A stretch of 64,000 bases of DNA from an uncultured Candidatus Saccharimonadales bacterium (GTDB lineage: Bacteria; Patescibacteriota; Saccharimonadia; UBA4664): positions 3,184 to 67,183 of the forward strand of contig CAZSRA010000006.1 in assembly GCA_964609585.1 (NCBI GenBank). Reading direction: 5' to 3'. How positions within the stretch are numbered: position 1 is the stretch's first letter; each line of letters begins with the position of its first letter. Of this stretch, positions 30,119-39,780 are shown in pieces. The notes under the pieces are model-generated. The model was not told the origin of the DNA. It was given only the letters and a program-made list of their open reading frames with translations, and made no database searches. The position numbers and the translations under genes were made by a program.

Positions 30119-30146
30119 GGGCCCGGGAGATACATCTCCCGGGCCC
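30119..30146. terminator. perfect 13 bp hairpin downstream of the ceramidase-like gene
   Basis: GGGCCCGGGAGAT, 2 nt loop, ATCTCCCGGGCCC. The following tract is AT-rich but is not a clean U-run. Confidence 0.4.
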
Positions 30147-30216
30147 ATAGTAATAGTATTGTCTAGTGAATATCTCAAGATAGAACTTATCATAATTTTC
30201 CCGTAATATTAGCTTT

Positions 30217-31161
30217 ATGTATAAACATCTAAAAATAGCGGTAGTTATACCGGCCTACAATGAAGAAAAGCTCATTGCCAGGACGATTCATGAGCTACCC
30301 GACTTTCTTGACTATGTAATTGCTATAAATGATGGAAGTAAAGACAAAACGCTCGAAGTCTTAAACAAACTGAAAACGACTGAAAAGAAACTAGTTGTGC
30401 TTGATAATGATGTGAATCATGGCATTGGATACTCGATCGTGCGTGGATTCCAGTATGCTCTGAAGGAGACGGATGCAATGGCCATTGGTATCACGGCCGC
30501 CGATTCGCAATGTGATCCCAATTATATGCAGCCGATGCTGGATGAGTTTATTGAAAATGGTTACGATTATATAAAGGCTAACCGCTTCTTCCATCTAGAG
30601 GCGCTGAAAGCCATGCCAACATATCGAAAGATTGGAAATATTTTTATATCACTTTTGACGAAGTTTTCGACGGGCTACTACACTATCTCGGACACTCAGA
30701 ATGGTTTTGGTTTTTTGAGCAGAAGGGCGCTGAGTAAGGTTAATTACGACTTTGTGGCAGACCGATACGATTATGAAAATACTATGCTAGTAGCACTTTC
30801 GATCATTGGGGCTCGTATCAAAGACCATCCGGTGCCGGCAATTTATGGTGATGAGACTTCGACTATTAAATTTTGGCCAACAGCCATGAGGGCGTTGCGG
30901 GCGGTGTGGATTGGCTTTTGGCGGCGAATTTTTTATAAGTACGTTTTGTATAGCTTTCACCCCATTGCTTTATTCCTTTTTAGTGGCTTATTGCTGTCTT
31001 TGGCCGGTTTTCTGTATGGTCTATGGCTCATATTCGAACGGCTTGCCTTTGGCTTATCACCCACAAGTGGTACTGCTATGATTGCCATCTTGCCCATAAT
31101 CCTTGGCTTTCAACTACTGCTTACGTCGCTAGCTATGGATGTGGCCAATGAAGGGAAATAG
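30217..31161 (+). CDS. GT2-family polyprenyl-phosphate glycosyltransferase (GtrB/DPM1-like)
   Basis: VVIPAYNEEK, DGSKDKT, a DxD region and two C-terminal TM helices. Low local GC (about 40%). Confidence 0.75.
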   Translation: MYKHLKIAVVIPAYNEEKLIARTIHELPDFLDYVIAINDGSKDKTLEVLNKLKTTEKKLVVLDNDVNHGIGYSIVRGFQYALKETDAMAIGITAADSQCDPNYMQPMLDEFIENGYDYIKANRFFHLEALKAMPTYRKIGNIFISLLTKFSTGYYTISDTQNGFGFLSRRALSKVNYDFVADRYDYENTMLVALSIIGARIKDHPVPAIYGDETSTIKFWPTAMRALRAVWIGFWRRIFYKYVLYSFHPIALFLFSGLLLSLAGFLYGLWLIFERLAFGLSPTSGTAMIAILPIILGFQLLLTSLAMDVANEGK

Positions 31162-31536
31162 ATGTTTCTAATTGCCTTGTGGGTGATCGCCTACGATATT
31201 GTTGTGGCAGCTTCGATTATGCTTTTGGGTAAGCCAAGTACCGTCTTAGGACAATTAACCCTCCAGTCCCTGGCCATGCTGCTTTTGGACTGGCGGTTTT
31301 TGCTTGGCGGAGTGCTAGCGGTAGTGGCGCGGTTTGTGTTTGTAATTATTAATAATTTAGCATCTAAGCAGCCAAGTTTGGCTTCAGCTCATTTAAGCCT
31401 GACAGCGATTGCATCCGTAAGCAGTATTGTGGTGGTAATCTTGGCAAACCATTTTCTGCTGGGCGATCAGTTGCATGGGATTCAGCTCGTGGGCACGGCA
31501 ATTGTAATTCTTGGTCTAATTCTGATCTTTCGGTAG
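31162..31536 (+). CDS. small four-TM membrane protein (GtrA/EamA-like)
   Basis: 124 aa, four hydrophobic helices, ATGA overlap with the GT2 gene. The GtrB plus GtrA-like pairing is a known arrangement. Confidence 0.35.
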   Translation: MFLIALWVIAYDIVVAASIMLLGKPSTVLGQLTLQSLAMLLLDWRFLLGGVLAVVARFVFVIINNLASKQPSLASAHLSLTAIASVSSIVVVILANHFLLGDQLHGIQLVGTAIVILGLILIFR

Positions 31537-31538
31537 AT

Positions 31539-32180
31539 CTAGAGAAAGTCTTTGACCTCGCTGATTCCAGCGAGAAGATGATCGGGCTGAAGTGCTGCTA
31601 GAAATTGCTTGTCGCGAAGGCCCGACCAGACAGCGAACGTTTGCAGGCCCAGTTTTTTACCAGCGAGAATGTCAGCTTCTGTGTCACCGATTATGGCGCC
31701 TTTGTTTTTGCCTAAGGCCGATTCGATGAGGGCAATCTTGACATCGGAGCCATCGGTCTCGGAGTGCCCCGTGAGAGCTTCTTCAAAATGCGAGCTAAGA
31801 CTGAGCCAGTTTAGTTGCTCGAGGAGCGCTTCGCGGTTGCGGCGTAGGCTCACGAGATAGCATTGATGTTTTTGAGAAAGCGAATCAAGGGTCGAAAGGG
31901 CTCCGGGAAAGAGCTTATCGATTTTTAAATATTCAGGGGCTTCGATTTTGCCAATGAAGCTATTTAGGAATGTTTCGAGCTGATTAACGGGTACATTGCT
32001 AGCTTGCAATAGTTCTGGCCATTTTGTTTTCTTGCGCTTTAGATCCCAGTACTCGGCTTGTGCGAGCGGTTGGCCCGAATATGATCGAATGAGCTCTTCG
32101 TAGACTCGGTAGTGCCTCGGCTCCACATCGATAAGGGTTCCATCAAGATCGCAGAAGATCTTTAATTCGTCTTGTGCCAT
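31539..32180 (-). CDS. HAD-superfamily hydrolase/phosphatase
   Basis: Motif I CDLDGTLID, motif III/IV K...IIGDTEADILAG. Confidence 0.7.
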   Translation of the reverse strand: MAQDELKIFCDLDGTLIDVEPRHYRVYEELIRSYSGQPLAQAEYWDLKRKKTKWPELLQASNVPVNQLETFLNSFIGKIEAPEYLKIDKLFPGALSTLDSLSQKHQCYLVSLRRNREALLEQLNWLSLSSHFEEALTGHSETDGSDVKIALIESALGKNKGAIIGDTEADILAGKKLGLQTFAVWSGLRDKQFLAALQPDHLLAGISEVKDFL

Positions 32181-33058
32181 TGGATTTGCTCTTCAATTAG
32201 ATCTGGAAATTTGTGTTTAGCCGTAAACCCGAGCAAGTCTTGGGCTCGCCGTACATCCAATACAATGTTGGAAGCCTTTTTCACTCTCGGCAAAACCTTC
32301 ATGGTCAATTTGGGATCGATGGCTTTGACGATAGCGGCGGCCGTTTCTTTGATAGAAATTCCAGCACCTGTGCCAATATTGAACACCCCATTCACTGGTT
32401 TTGTGGCAGCTAGATATGTGGCCTCGGCAGCATCACTCACGTGAAGATAGTCTCGCAGCTCCTCGCCGCCAAAGATTTCCAAACCCTCCCCTTTTAGGGC
32501 TTTATTGATGAAATTGGGGATGGCTCGATTAATCCGATCGCCAGGCCCATAAAGGACAGTAAAGCGCAGAATTGGGATAGGAAGATTGTGATGCCTGGCA
32601 AATACGCCACAAAATAGCTCTCCCGCCAACTTAGAGGCGCCGTAATTGGATAGTGGCACCGCCTGGGTTGATTCACTTATGAGGCCCTCGGCGTCGGGCA
32701 ACCCATACACTTCGGCCGTACTGGCGTAAACGAAGCTTTGGATCTGATCGCCAAAAACCTCTAAGAGATTGCACGTGCCCGTGACATTTACTTCGCTCAT
32801 AGGAACGGCCTGATCTTCGCTTTTAGTTCTAGGAACGAGCGCGGCCAGATGGATGATCGCGTCAATATCCGGATGAGCGTTCCGACAAGCAACGAGGGCA
32901 CTTTTATCCGTAATATCGGCCCTAAAGAAGGTTGAATTTTGAGCGGACTTGTCTGGTTTGGTTCGACCAACTAGCACACAATGGTGACCATCAGCAACAA
33001 GCCGTTCTACAAGGTAATGACCGAAGAACCCATTACTGCCAGTAATGAGGTATTTCAC
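32162..33058 (-). CDS. NAD-dependent epimerase/dehydratase (extended SDR)
   Basis: ITGSNGFFGHYLV Rossmann motif, catalytic YGASKLAGE. Confidence 0.75.
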   Translation of the reverse strand: MKYLITGSNGFFGHYLVERLVADGHHCVLVGRTKPDKSAQNSTFFRADITDKSALVACRNAHPDIDAIIHLAALVPRTKSEDQAVPMSEVNVTGTCNLLEVFGDQIQSFVYASTAEVYGLPDAEGLISESTQAVPLSNYGASKLAGELFCGVFARHHNLPIPILRFTVLYGPGDRINRAIPNFINKALKGEGLEIFGGEELRDYLHVSDAAEATYLAATKPVNGVFNIGTGAGISIKETAAAIVKAIDPKLTMKVLPRVKKASNIVLDVRRAQDLLGFTAKHKFPDLIEEQIQWHKTN

Positions 33059-34131
33059 GCTTTGAGGGCTTTTTTGAGTTGCTCGAGCTTGCTGACTTCG
33101 GCATCAATATCGCCCATCGAAGCGAGGACGGGCTCGAAGTCCATTCCGCGAATCCAAACCATGTGGTCTTTGGCGGGATTGAGCTTTTTGGCGATTTCTG
33201 GGAGCTTTTCGCCATAAGCTAGCTTGGTGAAGATATATGGCATATTGAGGCCAAGTTCAGTAAAGAATTGGTGTGTCGTGAAGAAGCGACCGATGTTGAT
33301 TTCGGTAGGGTTGGGCGTGCCGTTTTGATCGTAAGCCAGGTCGACACCAAAGAGGCCTTCGGGCTTATTATCGATGGCAAGTACAGTGCGCCTGGCGATG
33401 TCGTCGAGAATGGGGTCGCTGACGGTTTCCCCACCACCTGTGGCACCTGTGACGCCCGAAGGTGAGATCTTGCCAAGCTCCCAATACAGGCGACGACGGC
33501 CCTGGGCTACTACCAGCTCACCGTTGTGCCAAATGGACATCCAGGTGGTTGTGTCGTCGCGTAGAAGTTCGGCGGCGCTGAAGTTGCCATCCCAGCCTTT
33601 TTGGAAGTCAAGCCAATTAATGGCAGTTTGGACGTCCGAGACAGGCAGCGAACCGCGGCCACCTGCACCGGAGATGGCACGGATCCACATTTTGCCACCA
33701 AATTCTTTGAGGGCTTCTTCGACATCGGTTTTCGTGCGAATAATGATGGTCTTGGGAACTTTGATGCCAGCGGCTTGCCATTTTTCGAAAGACAAGAACT
33801 TGTCCTGACAGATACGAACGGTTTCTTTCGCCGGGAATAAGGTTTTGGCGTTAATTTTCTCGCGGTTCTCGGATAAAAAGTTTACTTCGGTATCATTTTG
33901 AGCATGAACAAATTCGATGTTTTCTTTTTCGATGATGTGGTTGAGGACATCAATGAATTGAGGGTCACTGGCAGACGGCACCAAATAACGAGCATCGACT
34001 TCGGCGCGCTGGAGGTAGTATTTGTTGGCATCGGTGCCAACGAGATAAATGTCTTCGGGCGCTTCTCGGAGCGAGCGAGTAAAGTTAGCTGCTGGGGAGC
34101 CGCCGGCACCGGTGACTAGTATGCGTTTCAT
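33055..34131 (-). CDS. ATP-grasp domain ligase
   Basis: Pre-ATP-grasp Rossmann MKRILVTGAGGSPA, then an ATP-grasp core (KVPKTIIIRTKTDVEEALKEFGGKMWIRAISGAGGRG). Confidence 0.6.
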   Translation of the reverse strand: MKRILVTGAGGSPAANFTRSLREAPEDIYLVGTDANKYYLQRAEVDARYLVPSASDPQFIDVLNHIIEKENIEFVHAQNDTEVNFLSENREKINAKTLFPAKETVRICQDKFLSFEKWQAAGIKVPKTIIIRTKTDVEEALKEFGGKMWIRAISGAGGRGSLPVSDVQTAINWLDFQKGWDGNFSAAELLRDDTTTWMSIWHNGELVVAQGRRRLYWELGKISPSGVTGATGGGETVSDPILDDIARRTVLAIDNKPEGLFGVDLAYDQNGTPNPTEINIGRFFTTHQFFTELGLNMPYIFTKLAYGEKLPEIAKKLNPAKDHMVWIRGMDFEPVLASMGDIDAEVSKLEQLKKALKA

Positions 34132-34146
34132 TCGTGTTAACTCCTC

Positions 34147-35148
34147 TTACTTATCATTATTATCACGACCAGCCGCCTCAAGGGCGACACGGAGAGCTTG
34201 TCGTGCGTCCTGAGGGCTTACAAGTTTATTTTTTACTTCCTGACGAATGGTTTTTAAGAATGTACCAAGCTCCAATGCGAGAGGCTCTTCAAAATCGACC
34301 TGGATATTTTCACGTATGGGCTCCCCTAACGCACTCACGAACGAGCTAAATTCGCTACCCGGCCTGCTGCTAGCGCTCATATTATGCTGGTAATACGTGA
34401 GCTCTTGAGTAATATAATTACCCTCAACATAGCCGTTTGATCCTGTGACTGCAATGGTACGAACTTTTACGGGTGTGACCCAATTAGCCTGGATGAACCC
34501 GGAAGCGGCACCGTAATCAAGGAACAGTTCAGCCGCATCGAATTCTCTTGAGTGCAACGTTCTAGAGCCGTGGCTATGGACACCAAGGGGGTGCCTACTA
34601 AGCAAGAAGCTTATGATCTCGATATCGTGGACGGCGAGGTCAACAATGACATCTGTTTTCGGCTCAACAGCCGGAAAACCCCCTACTCGTTTTGAAACAA
34701 TGGAAGTAATCTCGCCTAATTTTTCGTTGTCGATGAGCTCTTTGAGCTTACGGACGACAGGATTGTAACGCTCAATATGGCCTACAGTGAAAACCACTCC
34801 CCGACTCTCGGCTGCGTTAATGAGTTGATCGGCTTCATGAACCGTAGAAGCGATGGGTTTTTCGATGAGGCAGTGAATTCCGCGAGACATGACTTCAATG
34901 CCAACTTGAGCATGGAAGGGCGTGGGAACCACTACCGAAACGGCCTCGGGCTTTACTTCGTCGAGCATCTTGATGTAGTCGGAGTAATACTTGGCGCCGT
35001 GCTCGTCGGCCAATGAGCGAGTGGCGGGATTCATATCGACCATGGCCACAAGCTCACTATCGGGCATGGCAGCGTAGTTGCGCACATGGTGACGGCCCAT
35101 ATTGCCGGCGCCAATGACCGCGACGCGCAAAGGCTTTTTGCTAACCAC
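34147..35148 (-). CDS. Gfo/Idh/MocA-family NAD(P)-dependent sugar oxidoreductase
   Basis: LRVAVIGAGNMGRHH N-terminal Rossmann motif and the EKP motif (CLIEKPIAST). Confidence 0.75.
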   Translation of the reverse strand: MVSKKPLRVAVIGAGNMGRHHVRNYAAMPDSELVAMVDMNPATRSLADEHGAKYYSDYIKMLDEVKPEAVSVVVPTPFHAQVGIEVMSRGIHCLIEKPIASTVHEADQLINAAESRGVVFTVGHIERYNPVVRKLKELIDNEKLGEITSIVSKRVGGFPAVEPKTDVIVDLAVHDIEIISFLLSRHPLGVHSHGSRTLHSREFDAAELFLDYGAASGFIQANWVTPVKVRTIAVTGSNGYVEGNYITQELTYYQHNMSASSRPGSEFSSFVSALGEPIRENIQVDFEEPLALELGTFLKTIRQEVKNKLVSPQDARQALRVALEAAGRDNNDK

Positions 35149-36241
35149 GGGCCAACTCCTTGATTGCGGCGATGATAGTCTGGACGTCTTCGGCCGATAC
35201 CCGCGGGTGAACGGGGAGAGAGACGACTTCGCTGGCGACGGTCTCGGCGACTGGGAAGTCGCCTAATTTGTAACCAAATTTTTGAATATGTGGAAATTCA
35301 TGCAGGGCTTTCGGGTAGTATACGCCAGCGATGATCCCCTTTTCTTTGAGCCCCGCGACAAAGCTAGCGCGGTCGAGCGGAAAATCTTTGGTGAGGCGAA
35401 TCGTGTATTGATGATAGGTGTGGGTACGATTGGGGGCCGTTTCGGGAAGAACGAGACCTTTGACACCACCAAGACCAGCCGAAAGCGCCCTGGCGGTAGT
35501 TTGGCGAGCTTTTGTAAATTGGTCTAATTTTTTAACTTGCTCTACGGCAATAGCGGCATGAAGATCGCTCAGGCGGTAGTTGTAGCCAAGATCGACATAG
35601 TCGTATTGAGCAGTCATGCCGTGCTGGCGGAATTGCTTAATAGCCGTAACGTAGGCTTCATTGTTGGTGGTGATAATCCCGCCTTCGCCGCTCATGATGT
35701 TTTTGGTAGCGTAGAGCGAGAAACAGCCAAGGTCGCCGAGTGCGCCAGTGCTTTGGTCGCGATAGGTTGCGCCGACAGCCTGGCAGGCGTCTTCAATGAC
35801 CCTGAGATTGTGTTTTTCTGCTATGGCATTGATTTCCGACATATCGGCAGGTTGGCCATAGAGATGAACCGGAATGATAGCCTTGGTTTTTGAGGTGATG
35901 GCCTTTTCGAGAAGCGTGGGATCGAGATTGAATGTAATGGGGTCGATGTCTACGAGGACCGGCTTCGCGCCCACCATGAGGATTGGATTAATAGTGGCTA
36001 TAAAGCTAAATGGCACCGTAATGACCTCGTCGTCCGGGCCGACGCCGGCTGCATGGAGGGCGGCATGGAGGGCGGCCGTGCCGCTATTTACGGCGACAGC
36101 GTATTTTGTGCCACAGACTTTAGCGAAGTCAGCCTCAAGACGAGCCACCATCGGACCCTGCGCGAGTAAACCAGAAGCAAGAACTTCATTGACGGCATCA
36201 ATTTCCTCACGCTCAATAATGGGCGCAGCAATACTAATCAC
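35141..36241 (-). CDS. DegT/DnrJ/EryC1/StrS-family PLP-dependent sugar aminotransferase
   Basis: GTAALHAAL...DEVITVPFSFIAT..., PLP-Lys region SLYATKNIMSGEGG, 366 aa. Confidence 0.8.
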   Translation of the reverse strand: MISIAAPIIEREEIDAVNEVLASGLLAQGPMVARLEADFAKVCGTKYAVAVNSGTAALHAALHAAGVGPDDEVITVPFSFIATINPILMVGAKPVLVDIDPITFNLDPTLLEKAITSKTKAIIPVHLYGQPADMSEINAIAEKHNLRVIEDACQAVGATYRDQSTGALGDLGCFSLYATKNIMSGEGGIITTNNEAYVTAIKQFRQHGMTAQYDYVDLGYNYRLSDLHAAIAVEQVKKLDQFTKARQTTARALSAGLGGVKGLVLPETAPNRTHTYHQYTIRLTKDFPLDRASFVAGLKEKGIIAGVYYPKALHEFPHIQKFGYKLGDFPVAETVASEVVSLPVHPRVSAEDVQTIIAAIKELARG

Positions 36242-36298
36242 ACTTCCACCTATTGATTTAACCAGTACAGCATATCAGATGGTTAAGCCTTTTCTCAA

Positions 36299-37762
36299 TT
36301 AGCTAATGCCTAGGAGTGGGATACGAGCATCAATATAATATCGGAAATAAATGCACAGGGTAGTGAATACAAGCATCGCAGTATATGAACCCAGAATGAA
36401 GCGGTAGAACGCGGTCGGCTCGATTTTGAGCAGGGGTTTGCGTGTTAGAGAAATTGGAACGAGCAACGCGGAAATAGCCAAAAGGTATCGTCCTTGCATG
36501 CCGTAGACCATCCCCCAGCCTACTGGCGTATAAGTAAGGTATAGTGTCGTGAGCACCAAAATGACACTCCCTAGGGCCAAGGCCCCAACAAAGGTCTTTT
36601 TCCACCGTAGGACTTTTTGAGTTTCCCGGTCATAACTTTTTTCCGAAAGCAGAGTAATGGCTATCAGTATTACCACCCAAAAAGTAACCCATAGAGGAAG
36701 TGGCGTGTCGTAAGACCCTAGCATACCGACGGCGGACTGCAGGATGGGGTCGCCATTGGCGGCTATGAGGTTATCACCCATGAGCAAGGCATAACCCCAG
36801 GGATTGGACAAAATAACCTCCTGTTGTTTGACCTGCGAAACTATAACTGTCGGATCAGGAAAGTGAGTGACAGCATAGGTTGTGATTGGCCGCACCGCCA
36901 AGACCCAGCCGACAGCTACGGCGAAGCACAACGCAATGAGTGCACTTTTTTTAGTGAGCGCCGAACCAATCGAACCGAAGTTGCGGTTGGGTATGAGTAG
37001 GGCGAGAAGTGCGAGCAGAGCATAGGTGGGCTTAGCTAAGGCCAGTAGCGTGAGAATGCCACTATACAGGAGTAACTGGCGACGAGTAATTTTCTCTTTG
37101 ACCAGCCATAGCTTTAACGTGTAAGCGACAAGCAAAAAGGCTAATCCGTTTGTTGCCCCATCGGCAGAAATGACTGACGCCTGGAACAGCGAGACTGGAA
37201 CAAGCGCCAATGCCACCACCCCCCATTTGCCCCAGGGAGTTAGTCGAATAGCCCAATACACAAGTAAGATCCAAAAGGCAAGAGTGCCTATTCTGGCCAA
37301 ATAAATTAGCGTAATAGGTGATAGGTTCATGAGTTTACCCGGCTCAATGGCAAGCGCCGCACCAAGGTATGGGACCGGCGAATAAAGGGCCGAGCCGGTG
37401 AAATTGAATTCGGCACGATCACGAGGATGTAGCCTGAGCCGCAGAAGCTGCCAGGTTTCATCTGTTTTGTATTTAATATTATAGTTATGAAGAACTTCGT
37501 CGTTTGTTAGGACAATATTGGTTTTGATCATAGTGCGCGGGATCATCCCACCATAGGTACCATCCGAATTACGGAGCGCCATTACGTGGAAGTTTGAAAC
37601 TTGGTAAGCCCGGAAGAAATGAGCCCATTCGTCTGGGCCTTTCTGAGGTGGTACGAGAAGAATAAATAGTAATCCAAAAATACTGGCCAAAAGGACGAAC
37701 CAACTCTGAGGTTCCCATCGGGGAATGACTATCTGACGACGTTTCAAGTTAGTAAAAAACAA
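36299..37762 (-). CDS. large polytopic membrane protein (DUF2142/GT-C-like putative glycosyltransferase)
   Basis: 487 aa with about 12 TM helices and an N-terminal loop containing PPQKGPDEWAHFFRAYQ. Confidence 0.45.
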   Translation of the reverse strand: MFFTNLKRRQIVIPRWEPQSWFVLLASIFGLLFILLVPPQKGPDEWAHFFRAYQVSNFHVMALRNSDGTYGGMIPRTMIKTNIVLTNDEVLHNYNIKYKTDETWQLLRLRLHPRDRAEFNFTGSALYSPVPYLGAALAIEPGKLMNLSPITLIYLARIGTLAFWILLVYWAIRLTPWGKWGVVALALVPVSLFQASVISADGATNGLAFLLVAYTLKLWLVKEKITRRQLLLYSGILTLLALAKPTYALLALLALLIPNRNFGSIGSALTKKSALIALCFAVAVGWVLAVRPITTYAVTHFPDPTVIVSQVKQQEVILSNPWGYALLMGDNLIAANGDPILQSAVGMLGSYDTPLPLWVTFWVVILIAITLLSEKSYDRETQKVLRWKKTFVGALALGSVILVLTTLYLTYTPVGWGMVYGMQGRYLLAISALLVPISLTRKPLLKIEPTAFYRFILGSYTAMLVFTTLCIYFRYYIDARIPLLGIS

Positions 37763-37803
37763 CTCAACCTCATAACTTACTGATAGATATATTATGCACG
37801 TTT

Positions 37804-39780
37804 GTGTCTTATAATACTCGAATGAGACTTAAGCTAAGAGCTTTTTTTGCCCCCCCAATACGATTACCCGTGATTTTAGTAATGCTAGTGCCATTTTTTT
37901 ACGTAGTAGGTATGGGCATTCTGTCTTTACTTGCTCTTATTGCTGCAACGGGCTGCATTCTGCCCTTGAATAAGCTTGGACCTATTTCCCGTTTTGTTCT
38001 CGCATCACTCCTTATCGCCTCGGCCAATACTTTTTTGGCTTTCATTACATGGTCGCTCAGAATTGGTTTTACACCTCTCTTATTTACGGTGGTTTACTGC
38101 GGAATAGTTCTTAGTGGCATCGCACTGCGGCAACGCTTTTTTCCAAATCAACCATTAGCTAGCTGGCATATACCTTTAGATGATTTTATGGCTGTTTTAC
38201 TGGCGGCTGTTTGTTTTCTAGTAGTAGCTATGCCCCTTGGTTACAAACATGATACTGCAGCTATCGAGAGAATTTTTAGCAACCGTGATGACGCAATTGT
38301 TCATCTTGGTATCGTTAACGCAATCGACAACAACCACAACTACCTCATGGGAAACACATTCTATACCGCGAATGAGGTCGTGGAGCGAATGACGGCTTAT
38401 CCGCAGGGATGGCACATAAATGTGAGCCTAGTCGCTCAATTTACGAAGCCGCGTCATAGTAAGGCTATATCTGGAACACGGGCAGCCGAGACGACCTACT
38501 TAATGGCCGCTCTTTGGCTTGCGGGACTCGTATACATGTTGGTTCTACTTGGATACCGCGTGGCGGCCAGATTAAAGAGCAGTCTTGCGGCAACCACTCT
38601 TGCGACCCTATTTGTCCTGGGCGTGGTTTTTATTAATTTGCTTTTCCCGCTTTTTGTATGGGGATTTTACCCTCAAATCGCTGCTTTGGCCTTGTTATTT
38701 GCTGCTTTCGTTTTGCTAATAGAGAGCGAGGGGAGGCCTTTTAGGGAGAGGGGGCTTTTTAGCCTCCTTAGTGTTTTGTGCTGTGTTGGTATTTCATTTA
38801 TATGGTTTTATTTGTGGCCGGTCGCGGTTGCGGCCGTTTACGTTGTGGCTATTGCCATGACCCGGCCAAAGAAGTTCGGGCTTTTTGTTTTTCCTAGATA
38901 TTATTTAGGTCTGTTAGTGGGGGGAATTATAAGCTGTATTCCGATTGGACTTAATCTTATTTATTTTCACAATGCGGACCAATTGACCGCAGGCGGCGCG
39001 ACTGTAGAGTTTAACAATTTGACAATCTTGGCCCTCGTCTCGATCGCTACGGCCTACCTACTGAGTAAGTCCTTGACTGCTACACGAATTGTGGGAGTCG
39101 GTCTTGCGCTTGGCGTGATATTTTCGCTTGCGGTAATGACACAACAGCTACTTGCGACTCATCAACTTGCCTACTACTACTTCAAGTCGACCTACACGGT
39201 GGTTTTGCTGGTCTGCATTGTGTTTATATGTATAATCTCGGAATCGATCACAAACCTACAGCGACAAATAGGGGTGCGGGCTATTCGGGTTCTTTTTCTG
39301 GGGCTTTTAGGCGTCGCGAGCATTGCGCTAGCATTGATTCCGCGACCAATTGATCTGCAGCTTTATCTTTTGGGCCAGCCTTATGGTATGAGCCCGGTAA
39401 AGGCGGTGGCGCTTGCGGACGCCCTGCAACAGCCAATCGATCCGACAGGAATTGTCCTGCTCGGAAGTTGTTCAAGTTTTTACGATGGTAGGGCGATGCG
39501 TCTCGCCATGGCGCTTTCGGGTCGGGCCACACCTCAGGAGAGGTTAATTACCGAGACTTTGTTTTACCCCAACCATGAAATGATGGCGTTTGGGCTGATT
39601 AAAGATTATTTGACTCAGGATCCGAAGAAAAAGCTGGTGATTCTAAGCAGTAGCCAAAACTTGAGCAATGACCTTACGGCCTATCTTGCCGACCAAGCTG
39701 GTCGAATTCAGATTATACAGATAGAGAAAGAGGGTGATTCTGAACGCACTCAAGCCACTTGTCCCGCCCTTTTGCATTAG
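37804..39780 (+). CDS. large polytopic membrane protein of unknown function
   Basis: 658 aa, 14 or more hydrophobic helices, low GC. GTG start in the track, or ATG at 37822. A T7C7 homopolymer tract lies at codons 6-17. Confidence 0.4.
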   Translation: MSYNTRMRLKLRAFFAPPIRLPVILVMLVPFFYVVGMGILSLLALIAATGCILPLNKLGPISRFVLASLLIASANTFLAFITWSLRIGFTPLLFTVVYCGIVLSGIALRQRFFPNQPLASWHIPLDDFMAVLLAAVCFLVVAMPLGYKHDTAAIERIFSNRDDAIVHLGIVNAIDNNHNYLMGNTFYTANEVVERMTAYPQGWHINVSLVAQFTKPRHSKAISGTRAAETTYLMAALWLAGLVYMLVLLGYRVAARLKSSLAATTLATLFVLGVVFINLLFPLFVWGFYPQIAALALLFAAFVLLIESEGRPFRERGLFSLLSVLCCVGISFIWFYLWPVAVAAVYVVAIAMTRPKKFGLFVFPRYYLGLLVGGIISCIPIGLNLIYFHNADQLTAGGATVEFNNLTILALVSIATAYLLSKSLTATRIVGVGLALGVIFSLAVMTQQLLATHQLAYYYFKSTYTVVLLVCIVFICIISESITNLQRQIGVRAIRVLFLGLLGVASIALALIPRPIDLQLYLLGQPYGMSPVKAVALADALQQPIDPTGIVLLGSCSSFYDGRAMRLAMALSGRATPQERLITETLFYPNHEMMAFGLIKDYLTQDPKKKLVILSSSQNLSNDLTAYLADQAGRIQIIQIEKEGDSERTQATCPALLH

